Of a stretch of 64,000 nt of DNA, positions 25,270 through 39,800 are shown in pieces. Source of the stretch: Adineta vaga. Its lineage: Eukaryota; Animalia; Rotifera. The notes under the pieces were generated by a model, which made no database searches, was not told the DNA's origin, and was given only the letters and a program-made list of their open reading frames with translations. Made by a program: the position numbers and the translations under genes. The stretch spans positions 4,216,001 through 4,280,000 of the forward strand of contig CP075497.1 of assembly GCA_021613535.1 (NCBI GenBank), read 5' to 3'. How positions within the stretch are numbered: the first letter of the stretch is position 1; each line of letters opens with the position of its first letter.

Positions 25270-26202
25270 AGAATTATTATTTAACATGATAAGATCCTCT
25301 ATTGTATTTATTAATATCTAACCTATTTCTTTCGTGTTCAGTTTCTTCTTTTGTCTCCTAGTTTTATTTGATGATATACGTTTTTGTTCTATCATTTGTC
25401 GTCGTCGTCGTCGACATCATGTCAATTATTTCATGGACGATCATTGATACTTATTCTCTATCATTATGTTGAATCTTACTAGTTACTTTGATACTCTATT
25501 ATTCATAAGAATATAAATATAAATATAACATCTAATAAGGTCAGAACAATTATAATGATGAATACATATATCATTATCATGTATTGAGAACCTTGATAGA
25601 TAAATACAATTGACGAGCAACTTATATCTATCAAAATATTTGTAATAGTGACAATCTTAGTGTTAAAAGTTACCTTCGAATTGTCTTCTATTGTCACACG
25701 TACAAAATCGAAGCGAAGAAATATTTCGGTTTCTTTTCATTTGATTCATATAAGTGTTCGAATGTAACAACGATCGATGCGATAGAGAAGAAAATGATTC
25801 GAAATATATAGATATATTTATATATATTTTGTTTCTAATTAGATCATTTTGCAGTACTTTACTATTTGCTATGATCATTTACACACTCTCAAGATTGAAA
25901 TATTACATTTAAAAAGAAAAAGAAACGTATACTCTATTTGACCTTAAGTTATAATGCAAGTGTTTATTTGTCACCTCAACTTCGAATATATCTATATATA
26001 TATATATACAAATGACGTTGTAATGAACTAACATATATATACAAGGATTTTCTTCTTCCTTTTCCTACTATCTCTGGTAATGATGCAATCGAACTAGTAA
26101 GTGTAGATTTCAAGAAATTGAATCTGATTGAAGATTAATAATAGACAATGTCGACGGCGCAACGATATTCAATATCAATAGATTTCGAAAAGCTCAACTT
26201 AC

Positions 26203-26644
26203 TCGCTGGTATAGTACAACAGATGTCAGGTAATAGAAGCAGTGGAGAATCTCCAGACACTTGCTGAGGATAATTGTTAAGTGATGATGATGATGAAGAA
26301 CAAGAAAGAGAATTTCGATTTTTCTTAATTGTTATATAGATTGTATGACAGAAGGAGAGAGCATCAAGATCGGAATTGATCATCTTCTTCGATGTTGTTG
26401 ATATATTCGATGATGTCGGAAAGAATGATGGTGATGAAGAAGACAATGATGAATTGATTAAAGATGTTGATGAAGTATGCTCTTTTCTTCGATTCTGATA
26501 ATAGAAAGAGTTGTTTTCTTGTTGTTGTTGTTGTTGTTGATGATGATGGTGATGATGCTCTTGTTGATCAAATGAATTCATCTGACGAAGAAAAACTTGT
26601 TCTTCGAATGGTGAATAATAAGGAAGTAAATTTTCATAAAACAT
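26203..26644 (-). CDS. Candidate alternative first coding exon of the cytospin-like gene (MFYENLL..., His/Gln/Ser-rich, phase 1)
   Basis: 442 nt (147 codons + 1) ending at an A|GTAAGT donor; phase matches the acceptor at 24602. Confidence 0.55.
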
Positions 26645-28664
26645 TTCGTGTAAAGAACGAGAAGAGGATTGAATGATCTTCTTCTTCTTATTTATAATAA
26701 ATTAATTTCGATGTGATAATATCGAGAACGGATACGTAAGAAAAAAAGACGGTGATCAAGAAAAAAAATATCAAGATCGTAAAAGAAAATCTAATAAAAT
26801 TAAAGCGATACAAATAAAACAGATTCGAGATATTTAAATAATCAAATAATCGTCTTATCAACGATGCATAGACGCCTTCGATCGGTCTGTATACGTATAT
26901 ATATTGAATATTGTGCCAGGCAGGAGTCCATAGAATATTAAAGAAGAGGTGGTAATTTTGACAATCATGCGCGCGGGCGCGCCACTTTAAAATGCATCGT
27001 ATATTTCAAATAAACGTTCGATATACCAGAACGCAAAGAGAGAAAAAAGCTGTATATACATATACGTATACACTGATCACTCTTTCTCTCTCCCTCTCTC
27101 TCTCTTCGTGTATACGATATACAGTATGGTGAACTGAGCCTTTAATGATGTTACATAAGATAGAAAACGCGAAGTGAAGTATAGTGCGAAAAATGAATTC
27201 AATTTTGTTTTTCTTACTGCTTGAATACAACGTCTTTTTCGTGCTTCATATAATGAGCAAACGAATGAATACAAATATATCGTTTGAAGATAACATTTCA
27301 TTACTAATGAACATATATCATAGAAGTAAGGTCAAAAGGTAAGAAAAAAAGACCCACAAAGATGAAAAGACGAGTATGAAAAGAATCGAAGAAAAAAACG
27401 AAATAAAAACCGTAATAATGATTATTTCGATATTTCTCATTGTCAATTCAATATACACTTATAAAAGAAGATAAGTATCAATGTAAAATCTTTTTCAGAC
27501 ATTGTTTTATTTTTTTTACCTTGAACTAAGTAAACGATTAAGCAGTGAACATACAGATGACATTGATCAATTTTCAATAGTTCTTTTCAAATAGAGTTTA
27601 TTCAACAATAAAATCCTATTTTGTTTGGCTTAACAATAATTGAAAAGTGAATGTGAATTCTCTTTACTTAAAACAAAAGATCTACATCCTATCTTTCTTC
27701 TTAGTTCATCATTGGATTGATTGTGCAAATAGACAGGTCTACTTTATTTCCTCGTATTATACATATTTCTAATGAAAGCTGTCAGATTACTAACCTCGAT
27801 TGAGCTTAGGATGTTTCCATTTAAAATAGTACATTCAATAACTTGTGATCAGTCGATTTGACGTATACGATATAGTGATATGATACGTATAGACAGTGAA
27901 GAGTGCACAATGATAATTGATAAATAAAACAAGAAGGAGAAAAAGAGAAGAAAGAGAATAGAGAGCGTATAATATCATCGAGTCACTCGAAATTGACATG
28001 TCAGGTAGACGATGACGATGTTGTATCATTTTAAATAGGATGAGTGTCTCGTCTTTTCATTTTGAAAAAAAAGAAAGAAGTCAAACAATAATTATCATTT
28101 GTTTTCTTCTATACTCGACAACAATATACATATACATCAATATGTAGATACGAAAATACACAAACATTAAGCTTCTTTCTTCTATTTGAAGGCTTAATGT
28201 TCTAATTGGCTATTGCCGACAGAACATAGAACATGAACTACTTGAAGAAAAGAATAGAATTACTACTATTACTACCATTACTATGTACTATAACATAACA
28301 ATAACAATTAATCCGCCTTCAAACATACGAGCTAATTATCCTAGAAAGAAGAATTGTTCTTTCTATTGAACCAAGGTTTTGTCTTTTTGCTGTTAAATTA
28401 ACTACGTGCAAATCGAGAATTTTTCGATCATCAGTTAAATGTGTATGTATATATGCGTGTGTGTGTGTGTCTTCGTATGGACGTGACAATCATTAGATTA
28501 ATATTTACTATGTAAAATGGCTCGACATGTACACCTGGCAAATGTCGGTCAGGCTTCGATTAAAAATTTTGATGAAAGATAAAAGATTCGTCCGATAATA
28601 ATAACGATAAGAGCAAAAAGACGAGTTTTTCTTGCTTATTTTTTTTTCGAAAAGATTTGATTAC

Positions 28665-28746
28665 CTTTATGTACAGAGATTGAACGAAATGGTGGAGGTG
28701 GAGATGATTGAGTTGGTGATTTTCGAAATCGACGAAATAGACGCAT
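28665..28746 (-). CDS. Candidate alternative first coding exon of the cytospin-like gene (MRLFRRFRKSPTQSSPPPPFRSISVHK, phase 1)
   Basis: 82 nt (27 codons + 1) ending AAAG|GTAATC. Confidence 0.55.
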
Positions 28747-29549
28747 GATAAAATTGAAACGAAAATAATCCGATTGTTATTAATAATACCGATCAGGAGA
28801 GAAATGTTGCTGATCAGCTTTTAGTTCGACCGATATGTATATATATGTATATATATATGTATATAGATGTGCGTGTTGTTGTGGTGAGTGTGATGAAGAG
28901 AGGAAGAGAGCGAAAGAGACGAATGTGCAGAAGAGAAGAGAAGCTTAATGTGTACATCTATGTACAGAATAAGAATAAGAAGAGAAGAGAAATAGAGCAG
29001 AAGTGAGGTAGAAGAAGAAGTTTGTCATCTTTTTTTTCTTCTTTTTTAACTATTTGTGTGAGACATATTATACACCTTGACAAGGTCGGTCAGACGACAA
29101 TTCTTGTTTCATATATGTCCCCGATAATACAACGCTTGATTGAACGCACACGTCCTCGATTAGTTAGGTACTTCATAATATATTATCATATTGTAATATA
29201 AAATAAGACTAATATATATATATATATATATCATTTCTCAAAATCTATTGCTAATTCGTTATGAAGTACATCAATTTAAAGAATCTATTATATTATGATA
29301 TGTCTTTCTTTGAATGATATCGTCTACATTTGTGTAGACAAACGAGTTCTCTATCGTCTTGTAAGTGAGCTTCCTGCTGAGGACTTCCTTTGTCAACAAC
29401 AAGAAATAATCGGACATGATTTATATGTCTCTTGTGGATAAGAAGAAATAGTTTGATCGATGATTATTATATACAACTTAGACTATTGATTGATAAATTC
29501 ATTTTGTTTTTGAAATAAGAAAATGAAATGATTTGATAAATTAACTTAC

Positions 29550-30117
29550 ATTTTTGTTGATGAGCAAAAGTTTCAAGTTCTTGAATACTTTTCTTGAGTA
29601 AATCATTTTCAATAAGCATCTCTTCAAGTCTTGCATTTAACATCGTTTGTAAATGCATTGCTTGTCCAATAGTTTCATTGGATGGTAGAGCTATACTGCT
29701 GCGTTTCTTTTCAATATGTTGTCGCATTGTTTCAAGTTCATCGGTTTTCATCTGTAAATCATGTCTCAATTGATCGATTATTTGTTGAAGAGCTTGTACA
29801 TTGGAATTTTCATTTGGTACATCACTTATCGATGATTGTTGTTGTTGTTGTTGTTGAGGTCGTTTAATACGAAAGAGACTGAAACGACGACGTAATGCTG
29901 ATGTTGTATTGAATAAAGATTGAGATGATGGACCATTTTTTGATTCAAAACCATTTAATACTGTTTGAGATTTTTTCATTTTGGTTGATTTTGTTGATTG
30001 TTTTGATATTTGAAGATCATTGTTCAAATCTATTTTTGCTAAAGATTCTGAACTTCTACTAAGAAATTTTGATGATACAATTTGATAATAATGAGATGAT
30101 AATTTATTTGTTGCCAT
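29550..30117 (-). CDS. Candidate distal alternative first coding exon of the cytospin-like gene (MATNKLSS..., coiled coil, phase 1)
   Basis: 568 nt (189 codons + 1) ending T|GTAAGT; encodes LRRRFSLFR and heptad-rich helices. Confidence 0.6.
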
Positions 30118-32865
30118 CAATGATGTCTAGTAATCGAAGATAACCTAAAGAAATACTACAAAAGAAAAAGATGATTGAAAATACTGATGACATTATACAT
30201 TTGGAAATCAGAATAAGATTAGATTAGTGAAGAAAGAGAAGATATATATATATACTCAAAATAGTATGAATAAACAAATGAACGAATGAACGATTACTGG
30301 AAAAGTATTGATCGATTTTTCTGTCTTGAAAACAATTAATGAAATAGGATCAACTGAACAGATGGGTTCTTACATGTCTATAGAGAAGCTTTTACAATAA
30401 TGAACATGCATTAAATATCGAACGTGTTATAACCAATCTGTAAAGTATTTTCTTTTTTCTTTCAGATAGAATATATGGCATCTCTTCGACTACTGAGCTT
30501 AGTTATATACACCTTATTCAATATATGTATATACAATGCTTTCTACTGATGACACAACTCAAAATGCTTCCAATACCACATCTACATATATACATATATA
30601 TCTATGTGTGTACATATACATATGCATGTATATATGTATGTATAAAGAATAGGTCATCATCATATTCATCACTTCATTAAACGTATCCATACGATGCCTA
30701 TATTACGAATCTCATACAAAGGCGAATGGACATCGTCCATGAAGTTTGTCAATATATTAAGTGCGAAAAAAGACACCATGCACTTTTATAAAAGCAAACA
30801 AAATGATCTCTTCTATAACCTTGTATACATATACGATATCTCATTGACTGATAAGCAAAATATACAATACTTGTACCTGTCCCACCTTTCTCTTAATCAC
30901 GACCATATCTTCTTTCCTTCTTTTAAAACAAAAAACAATGATCTTATACCGATAGTCACGTTCATACAATTAGATATTTGATAGATATGTTTTGATCTGT
31001 CTTACTCAGTTGTACGATGAACATATGTTCTCATTATAATCGTGATGATAGAAGTAGAGAGAAAAAGAAAAGAGCTATGAAGCGTAAAACAACTGTATAT
31101 AGTAATTAGCTTGGCTAGAAATGCAGAAGAAAGAAACGAGAGGGAATTATAGTGATTTCTAGACGAATAACTATTATGATTGTCTGTATACATCAAAAAG
31201 ATACCGCAAAATACGTACGTTCTAAGCCTAGAGGAAAACAACTCGGACAATACTAATAAGACCCGTGAGGCGAACAAGGAAATAGACTCAATTTCCTCTT
31301 AGTTTCAGTGATCCCAATCAAATTATAGTTATGATAATAGCATCATCCTATTTTTTTTGTGTTACGTCAACATCATGTGTCATTTGTTTCCTTCCTATAC
31401 TAACTATTTCTCGTTTACATTCTTTGGTCAAGGGAAAACTTAAAGGTCATTTCTACTCTTCAAAATATCTTTCTGTTCACTAAGAAGAAGACATTGATAT
31501 AAAACAAGAGATCATTCACTAATGTACATTGTATAAATCAACAAAAGAAAAGAAATGCTCATGATGATTATGATTGACAGGAGAGATACACCATATGACC
31601 TTTCTATCAAGTAAAATTTATGAATGACTACAGTAGTAACTATTATTTGAAATTATGTTAAATCAACAGAAAAAAAATTCATCATGTACAACTTTATACT
31701 AAAAAAAATAAAGAAATGAGGAAAAGAATCTAACCGATCAAACCGCATTTGTCAAGATATGGAAGAAAAAGTATACTTATTCTTTTTTTTCTACGTGTTA
31801 CTAAATGGTCTGTATATATAATTAAAGAATTAATCAAAACGTTGAAACTTGTCAAGAACAATTATTTTCTACCTACATTGAAATCTTCAAGGTTATTTGT
31901 TCGCTTAATCGTATGTCAAATAATACTTATAACACCAATAACTACGGTAAGTAAAAGAAATTAAGACTACGAGCAAAAAAGAAATGAATAAATCATCAAC
32001 GACTATAATCAACGCTACCACTGTACCCATTTATTCTTTCTCTCTCATAAGAAGAGAATGAAGTGTTTTAACCCATGTCGATGGACGCTATAGCTGGCAT
32101 AAATCAGAAAATGTACACGTGTATGAACGACCAGAGAGAAGAAAAAGAGAGAGAGAGAATTGAAAAAAAAACTGTGAACAGTGAGTGTTCATTGAAATAA
32201 TAATTACCATGTCAAACTAGATGGAAAAAGGAGCAGCTGCTGCTACTGCTGCTCACTATACGACAATTGTCGATTGACCAAACGACACATTCATTTTAAA
32301 AGAAAAGAAATCTTTCAAAAGGACAAAAAAAGTAAGGATAAAGAAAAGAAAAGACAAAATAAAAGGTCATCAGTCATTCATCGAAGAGTTTGATGTTTAC
32401 ATATGAAAAGGCATATGCACACTCACTCAAATATGGGTAAAATATCTCCTACAAGAGAATCTAATCACTTCAAATAAGAACGGATTTCTTTCTCTCTCTT
32501 TTGACTTGACAAAGTACACTTCAACATTTATTCAATAAGATTGTTGATACTAAATCGAGACGTAAGACTCCTAAGAACAAACTAGGCAATATGTATCAAG
32601 AAATAAATAAAATAATGTCCAACAATTGATTATAGACATTCACTCAATTTTTGCCGTTAAAAAGTTTGATGATATAATAGAACATTAAACTATTGAATAA
32701 TAAAATGAGACATTCTCAGTTGGAGTTTTCCTTTGTCATATTTTATATGAAGCTATTATCGAAGTAATGTTGCATACAATTGTATTGTCAACTTTCAACT
32801 AGCTTTTGAAAGAATGCGCCATATTGAATAATATAGTCTTACTTTTTTTTTCTTCTTTTTTTTAA

Positions 32866-33450
32866 ATGGATTCAATTTTGATATTATCTTTTCGACAAAC
32901 AGATCATCTTCTTCGTCTAACAAAAACGATAATCCATGCTTTTCGATTACAACGTATACTTGCCACTGATAATCTTAATCTTTTCGAAAGAAAAATAACT
33001 GATCAATGTGCTTTTTCACATGATTTATGTAATGAACTTCGATTGATACAAAAACAATTGCATTCAACTTGTTTTTTACTTCAACAAGCACTCTATCGTT
33101 TACAAGCATTGAGACAAAAACGTGGAGATACATTAATTGAAATCGACGAAAAGATTATCAAGAAATATGAAGACAATCTTTTACCACAATTGGAGAATAT
33201 TCAACAGATAATTTCATCAATTATCGATGAAAATATGTTAATAGATTCTTCTTTAAATACTCTTCAAGCACTATTCAAACAACTTCAAGAAAATTTCGAG
33301 ATCTTTCTCGATTTTGTTTATTGGATACCACCTTTGAAAAGTACATTCTATTTAGGAAATTTAGTTGCAGATACACTGGAACGATTCTATTTTATTCTTG
33401 GCACACTTGCTCGACTTGTTAATGATATTGAAGAATTTGAGATTGAATAA
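32866..33450 (+). CDS. Single-exon 194-aa predicted all-helical protein, unknown function
   Basis: 585-nt uninterrupted ORF in very AT-rich DNA, not antisense to another CDS; Leu/Gln/Glu-rich amphipathic helices; AATAAA at the stop. Confidence 0.65.
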   Translation: MDSILILSFRQTDHLLRLTKTIIHAFRLQRILATDNLNLFERKITDQCAFSHDLCNELRLIQKQLHSTCFLLQQALYRLQALRQKRGDTLIEIDEKIIKKYEDNLLPQLENIQQIISSIIDENMLIDSSLNTLQALFKQLQENFEIFLDFVYWIPPLKSTFYLGNLVADTLERFYFILGTLARLVNDIEEFEIE

Positions 33451-33471
33451 ATAAAATCGATCTCAAAATGA

Positions 33472-36470
33472 TTAATCTTCATTCTCAATTGTTTGAACAT
33501 GAAGAATATCTTGAATTGTATCACCAGCAACTGTTCGTGCTAATTCTTGAGCAAGTTTATGAAATTCAGGTTCATAATTTGCTGGATATTCAACACCTTT
33601 TCGCATCTTCAAAGAAAACCGATAGAAATTCGAGAAAAAATACGTCCAACCATACTTTGGCTTTTTTTCGAAGATTCGGTGAAAGTTTCAAACAAATTGT
33701 CAAACCACTACATAGAATACGAAAAAGAGAAATCATTGGTAACGGAAAGATTCTTTTTAGAAAACGAACGTTTCATCACCAGCTAATAGAATTGGATGAA
33801 TAGGATTAAATGCAATTTTTGTACATGATTTTCCTAATTCATCTGCTAATAATTGTTCACAAATTGGTTCAAGTTTATTTGAATGTATGTCGAATATATA
33901 TACTTTGCCATCCGTTCCTGCAGTAGCAAATAATGTCGATGTAAAAGGTGACCAGACAATATCTTGTAAACTTGTACATAGATCAAATCTCATTAAATAT
34001 TCGCTACAACAAAACTAGAACATTGTTGACTCTTTTAATGAAGAAGAAATAGGCCTAACAGTAGTTTTTCATGCCATATTTTCACCGTACCATCAGCTGA
34101 ACATGAAGCAAATACATTCGGATGAAAAGGACTATGATGAGAAATAGATTAAATTAGATAGTAACAAATGTAATACCTCCATTGAACAGAATAAACAGCA
34201 AAATCGTGAGCATTAAATATCATATCAATCATTCCGGGATCATCTATAGATGCTTTATAAATCTTTCCATCTTCTGTTCCAACAATGAATACATCTTTCT
34301 GATGGCGATGAAAATCAAGTGCAAGAGCAGGACCTATTCATATTCATATATCTTTGAACAATTAAGTCTAGAGTAAAAACCTGGCATCGATAAAAGAGTA
34401 CCATCATCAAGTCGTGTCGATTTCGTTGTACTTGGTAAATCCAATAGAAGTACTCGTCTCAATTCACCTTTGATACATGTCCATCGTATTACTTTTCCAT
34501 CATCACCAACGGAACAAAATCGTGGTTGATGATCATTCGATGACAGACACCATTGAACCTAAATAAGTTCATCATAGACAAAGAGTAGTTTATTAATCAT
34601 TTTTTTATACCTGCCATACACATCCAAGATGTTTACATGTATATGATGGATTGGTAAATACTGTTTTACAAGATGAAAATGATATGTCATAAACAATCAC
34701 ATCACCATCCATTAATCCGACACAAATAAGATATCTAGTGAAAATTATGTAAATATCAAATATAATTTCGAATTGTTGATGTATGTCTTACGGTCGAGAA
34801 GGTAAACAATCAATCGATAGAACAGTACTTTCTGTATGGATCAACGTATCTGGATGACTATTATTTAGTGTAAACACAGCTATGGCACCTTGAATTCGTT
34901 CAGCTCGATCATCTTTGAATGATATGATAGATTTAAATTATTTCTTCTATGACGAAAAAAACAATTCATACAAAGTCCATATCCAATAATCAACATATCT
35001 GAATAAGTTGGATTCCATGTCAATGCTGTTACTGATCGATTAGGAACTGTAGATGAAAATTTCCATAATGGAAATAATGTTCCCATTGGATCACGTATTT
35101 CATCAGTCTTATCTTCGAAATACTTGAAATCTACAAAAACAAAAAATAAACAGTCGATGTTTGTATTGAAATAAATTCCAATTACTATAAATCATTTCAT
35201 GATATCGATTTTGATTCAAAACACGTTCAATAGCTTTAAGAACTCGAACTTGTCGACGTTTGACAACCGCCTAGAAAACATTTCAACTATATAGATAAAT
35301 TCTCGAATTATTCTCTCATACTTCAGGTTTCAAACGTTCTGTTTTAATCATTTTCTTTTCAAAGATCCCTTTAGATGGTCCATAACTTGTCTTATGTTTT
35401 CGTTTCTCTTTATCTTTTTCCTAATGGTAATCTCATTACACATTTTTCTTTTCATCTCCAAATCTCATTCGCATACTTGTTTGGCATAATCAGCAGCATA
35501 TTCTTGATATAGTATTCGTTGATTTGCTAATCCAACAAATTTTTTATTTGGAATTGGATCTGTAAGCGTTGTTACATTCTAACTAGGTAGTATTCTTATT
35601 GATTGAACAAGGATAAGAAATGAATCAAACTTTGCTCGGCGAAGAATATGTCTGAATACCTTGTTCACAATAATTAAAACGATTCAATATTTTCTTCGGC
35701 TTTTCCGTTGATATCGGACTTTGAACTTGCGAAGTTGGCGTCTAAATATTAGATCAAGAAGAGCTTTCACAAATATTTCAAATCACAAACATTACTAAAT
35801 CATCTACAAATTCATTTAATTCACTTTGTTCTGATATGTCACTTGCAACTGTATGTAGTTCATCTTCATCAATTGCTTGTTGTGGTACTAGGAAAACAAA
35901 ATAATCATACTGATACACGAGAAATCTATTTACATTCGTCATGTTCGTTGGATGGTTTGATTTCTATTTTAATTAATTTTTCGTTTTTATAAGTATTCAA
36001 TAATGCTATTGGAAGTAGAGAAGTGACTTCTAGAACCAGAACTTCGTATTTCCTCTATTTTTTGTTTATACTAACGATTATTTTCTTTTTGTAAATAAAC
36101 TTTCGCTTCATCAGAATCAATGGGAATCAGATTTCCTTCATATGAATAATGTATAACTAGTTGTTCCGTATTTACTACTGGTACAAATTGTTTGTCCTGT
36201 TCAGACATAAAGTTGATTTTTTTGTAGTAATTAATAGAATAAAATGAATTATATCTACGATAACTAAACATGACTAAATTTTTTGGTCCATACGTATTTT
36301 CCGTTGTTAAAACTCGTGTGATTTCTTCATCAGGATCAGTAGAATGAGGTGATACAAATAAATTTGTACGCTGAAACAATATACAGATTTCGATTGTTTA
36401 AGTTCAAGAGTAATGAACTAACACTTGTGTTATAATTCTGATTTCGTTCGTCATTTGTAGATTTCATCAT
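33472..36470 (-). CDS. Divergent axonemal dynein intermediate chain (DNAI1-like paralog), WD40, multi-exon
   Basis: [89 protein letters not shown]; stop TAA 33472-33474. Confidence 0.85.
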
Positions 36471-36845
36471 TGCTTTCCCATTGGATGTAATCTATATGTA
36501 ACAATTTGCTGGCTTTATATCCAATTCTATAATACTTACATCATTTATTCGTTCAAATGTATTTATGATGTGAAATCAAAAAAGAAATATGTTTTTTTGC
36601 TTTGAAATTGTGTTTTATTTAGAAGCGAAATATATTATGAATATTACACTGTGTAGAGATATATCTTTAAAGCGAATGAGTAAGAATGCAGATGAATGAA
36701 TACAAAACGCGCCAAAGAAAAAAAAAGAAGATATACTAAAAGTGTAAAGGAGAGGAAAAGATTATTGCTGTGAATATTGAATAAAAATGATAAAAAATAA
36801 GATTTCATATTCGATAGATCAAGAAGAAAAAAGAATCTGTCTTTT

Positions 36846-39800
36846 TTAACTGGTAGTTAAAATTGGCGTTGCACTAATTTGTTGTTGCGGTGGTATTGCT
36901 TTACTTTTAGCATCATCTGGATCACGAATTAGTGCAAGAATTTTGTCTAATTTAACACTTTCTGCCTCTGGTCCTTCGGTGACATCTTGACCCTTTTTAA
37001 TTTTAGGTTTTTTACGTAAATTTGGCGAAAGTTTTAATGACATTACATTGCCACGATCATCACCGGCAAGTAGAACAGGATGCTTTTGATTAAATGATAT
37101 ATGTGTTAATTTTGTACGTTTTTTTTGAACAACAACTTGTTCAGCTAATGCATCATATTTATTAATATTTAAATCAAAGACAAAAATTTTTCCATCAGCA
37201 GTACATGCAGCAAATACAGTCGAAGAATAAGGTGCCCATGCAACATCACCAACAGCACTACCCAAATCGTAAACAAATAATGGAACTCTAGAAGTAAAAC
37301 AATTGAAACGAAAGATATGTAGAAGATTGATTTTACTTATAATCAATATCCCAGATTTTAACTGTCCAATCTGCTGAACAACTGATGAAAATCTTCGGAT
37401 GAAAACAATTCCAACGTACAGCATAAACAGCCATATGATGAGCATCGAATGTATCTAAGAATTGATTATTGTATGATTTGGAACATTTATGAATTTTTCC
37501 TTCTTCTGTTCCGACAATAAATAAATAATCTTGTTGTTTATTAAAATCAAAACATGTTCCACAACCTTAAATATTCCGAAAGAAATCTTTTCAAAAATAG
37601 AAATAGAACAATTGAGATCTCTCTTACCGAGTGATGCTAATGGAAGAGCTTCTTCTGTTTCTACCGATGATTTATCTAATTTCAATTGTACAATATCATT
37701 GTACATTAAATCACTCTAAAGAATATTGAAGCGGAAATTTTTCTTCTGAGAATTTATTTGAAATAAAACTTACTTTCACGATCGTCCAACAAACAACACG
37801 ACCATCCGATGAAACAGAATAGAAATTGAAATTTCCATCCAAATCATCTTTTTGCCAACGAACTTGCCAAACTGGATCTGTATGTTTACCATTTCGAGCT
37901 GTACTTTGACATTTTGGTCGTTTATGATCATCAGCTATATTATAAACAGCAACAGAACCATCATAAAAACCTAAACAAATTTCTCTTTTGGTCAAGAAAA
38001 CGTTGAATTTCACGAAAAAATCTTTTTCTTACCGCAACAAAGCAAATTCGAATGTGTATGATGAAAATCTAAACACATCACACCAATTTCTGTTTGATAA
38101 ACATATTCCGGAAAGCTTGGATTTTTTAATGAATAAATTAATAACATTCCATGACTTTGTTTAAGAAAATCATCTAGAACATACTTCATTCAATTCAAAT
38201 CTAACAATTATTTCATCATACATGAACCAAAAGCAACAGCAAACATATCGGAATATTGATAGTTCCATGCCAAATATGTACATGCCAATTTTTTTGTTAA
38301 TTCATAGTGAAAAGACCATAATGGTAATAGACTACCTTCTTGTTCACGATATTCATCAGCTGCATCTTCCCAATATTTAAAGTCTAATCAACGACAAAAC
38401 CGTTGAAAAACCTATCTTCTCATTCGAAAGAAAAAAAACAAACCTTGAGCGATATCATCGAATGTATTCTGATTAATCATTCGTTCGATGATTTTCAATG
38501 AAATACTTGCAGCTTTTGAACGAGCAAATTTAGCCATATCATCTCCCTTTTTGAATAGAAAAAAGTATTATATTTTGTTTAAAATCATTGAATTCATTCT
38601 TATCTTACAGATAGATCAGTTGTAACAAATTTCTTCTTCTTTTCTTCATCTTTTTTCGTTAAAGTTTTCTTATTTTCTTTCTCTTTTGTTTTTTGCTAAA
38701 AAGACAAATTTCGTTTAATTATTCGCAAGATGATCGATCAAAATTACTTGTAGATCATAATCTTCATTATAAGCATCGAAAATTGCCCATTGAGATACAT
38801 TATCGGAAAACACAGCACGTGGTGTTTGTTCGACAAATGTTTCACGATCCTATGAGAAGAATTTAGTAAAATATGATTGACAACTTATGCAAATACTCGG
38901 CATGGATGATTGTATGTTTGTGAAGCACGTTCACTGAAATTGAATTGATTCGTTAATTTTTTTGTTTTAGTTGTAGTTGCACTTGGTTTTACAGATCTAT
39001 CTTCGTCTTCTTCTTCAGCATCTTTTGATGTTACTTCCTATAAGAAAATTCGAATAAGAAATATATGTACGTCATGAAATTGAAATGTCAAATACTTCAT
39101 CAAGTTCAGTCGTTGCAACTGTTGTTGGAATCTCCTCATCTTCCTCTTCTTCATCATCTTCGATTAAATATTCTAGAAAAAGAAGACGTTTAGTTTTGTT
39201 TTTCAGAATGTTTTTATCATTGACCTCCGCCATCTCGTACGAGTTGTCGTCGTCCTTCATCAGAATCACGAAGAATAAGATTTCCATCAAGTTGAAAATG
39301 AATTGCTAATTGATCAACATGTGGAATCGGTTTGTACATTCGATCCTATATTGATATAATACTAAATTCTTTCTCACTGTTAGCTCTCGAAATGTCATAT
39401 ACTTTGTAACTATATCGAACAATATTTTCTGCAGCTTGAGGATTACGTGTTGTTAATATTCGTGTATGTTCTTCGTTTAATTCCTAAGAAAAGAAGATCG
39501 ATTTTTTTCTATGAACAAGTCATTCGTCCTACCGCTTCTGTTAATTTTAGTTGATCATCAGGACGAACAGGTCGAAGTGCCTAACAGAAATCATTTTATA
39601 AAGGCTAATAAAAAAAACTAAAATTTCATACATCTTCTGAAAGGTCAGGCATATTCCCAAAATCTTGTTCATCATCCTAGAAAAAATTTTTATTTTCAAT
39701 TCGATTGTTTTTCTGAATCTCTTTCATCATACTCGAAAATTTCCCATCATTGAATTGCGAGATAATTGACTAGTACGTCGTTGTAATGGAACAGATCCAT

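Noticed and set aside
27519-27563. Possible sixth cytospin first exon (MSSVCSLLNRLLSS, AG|gtaaaa)
   Set aside because: It ends in phase 2, incompatible with the phase-1 acceptor at 24602; at most a UTR exon.
30575-30645. Long alternating purine-pyrimidine (TA/CA/TG) tract with self-complementarity
   Set aside because: Low-complexity microsatellite decay; the hairpin potential is a trivial consequence of composition.
36531-36544. Other ATACTTAC matches resembling the U1 5' end (e.g. 8101, 19116, 36532)
   Set aside because: They are reverse complements of ordinary GTAAGTAT donor sites and lack U1 stem-loops and Sm sites.
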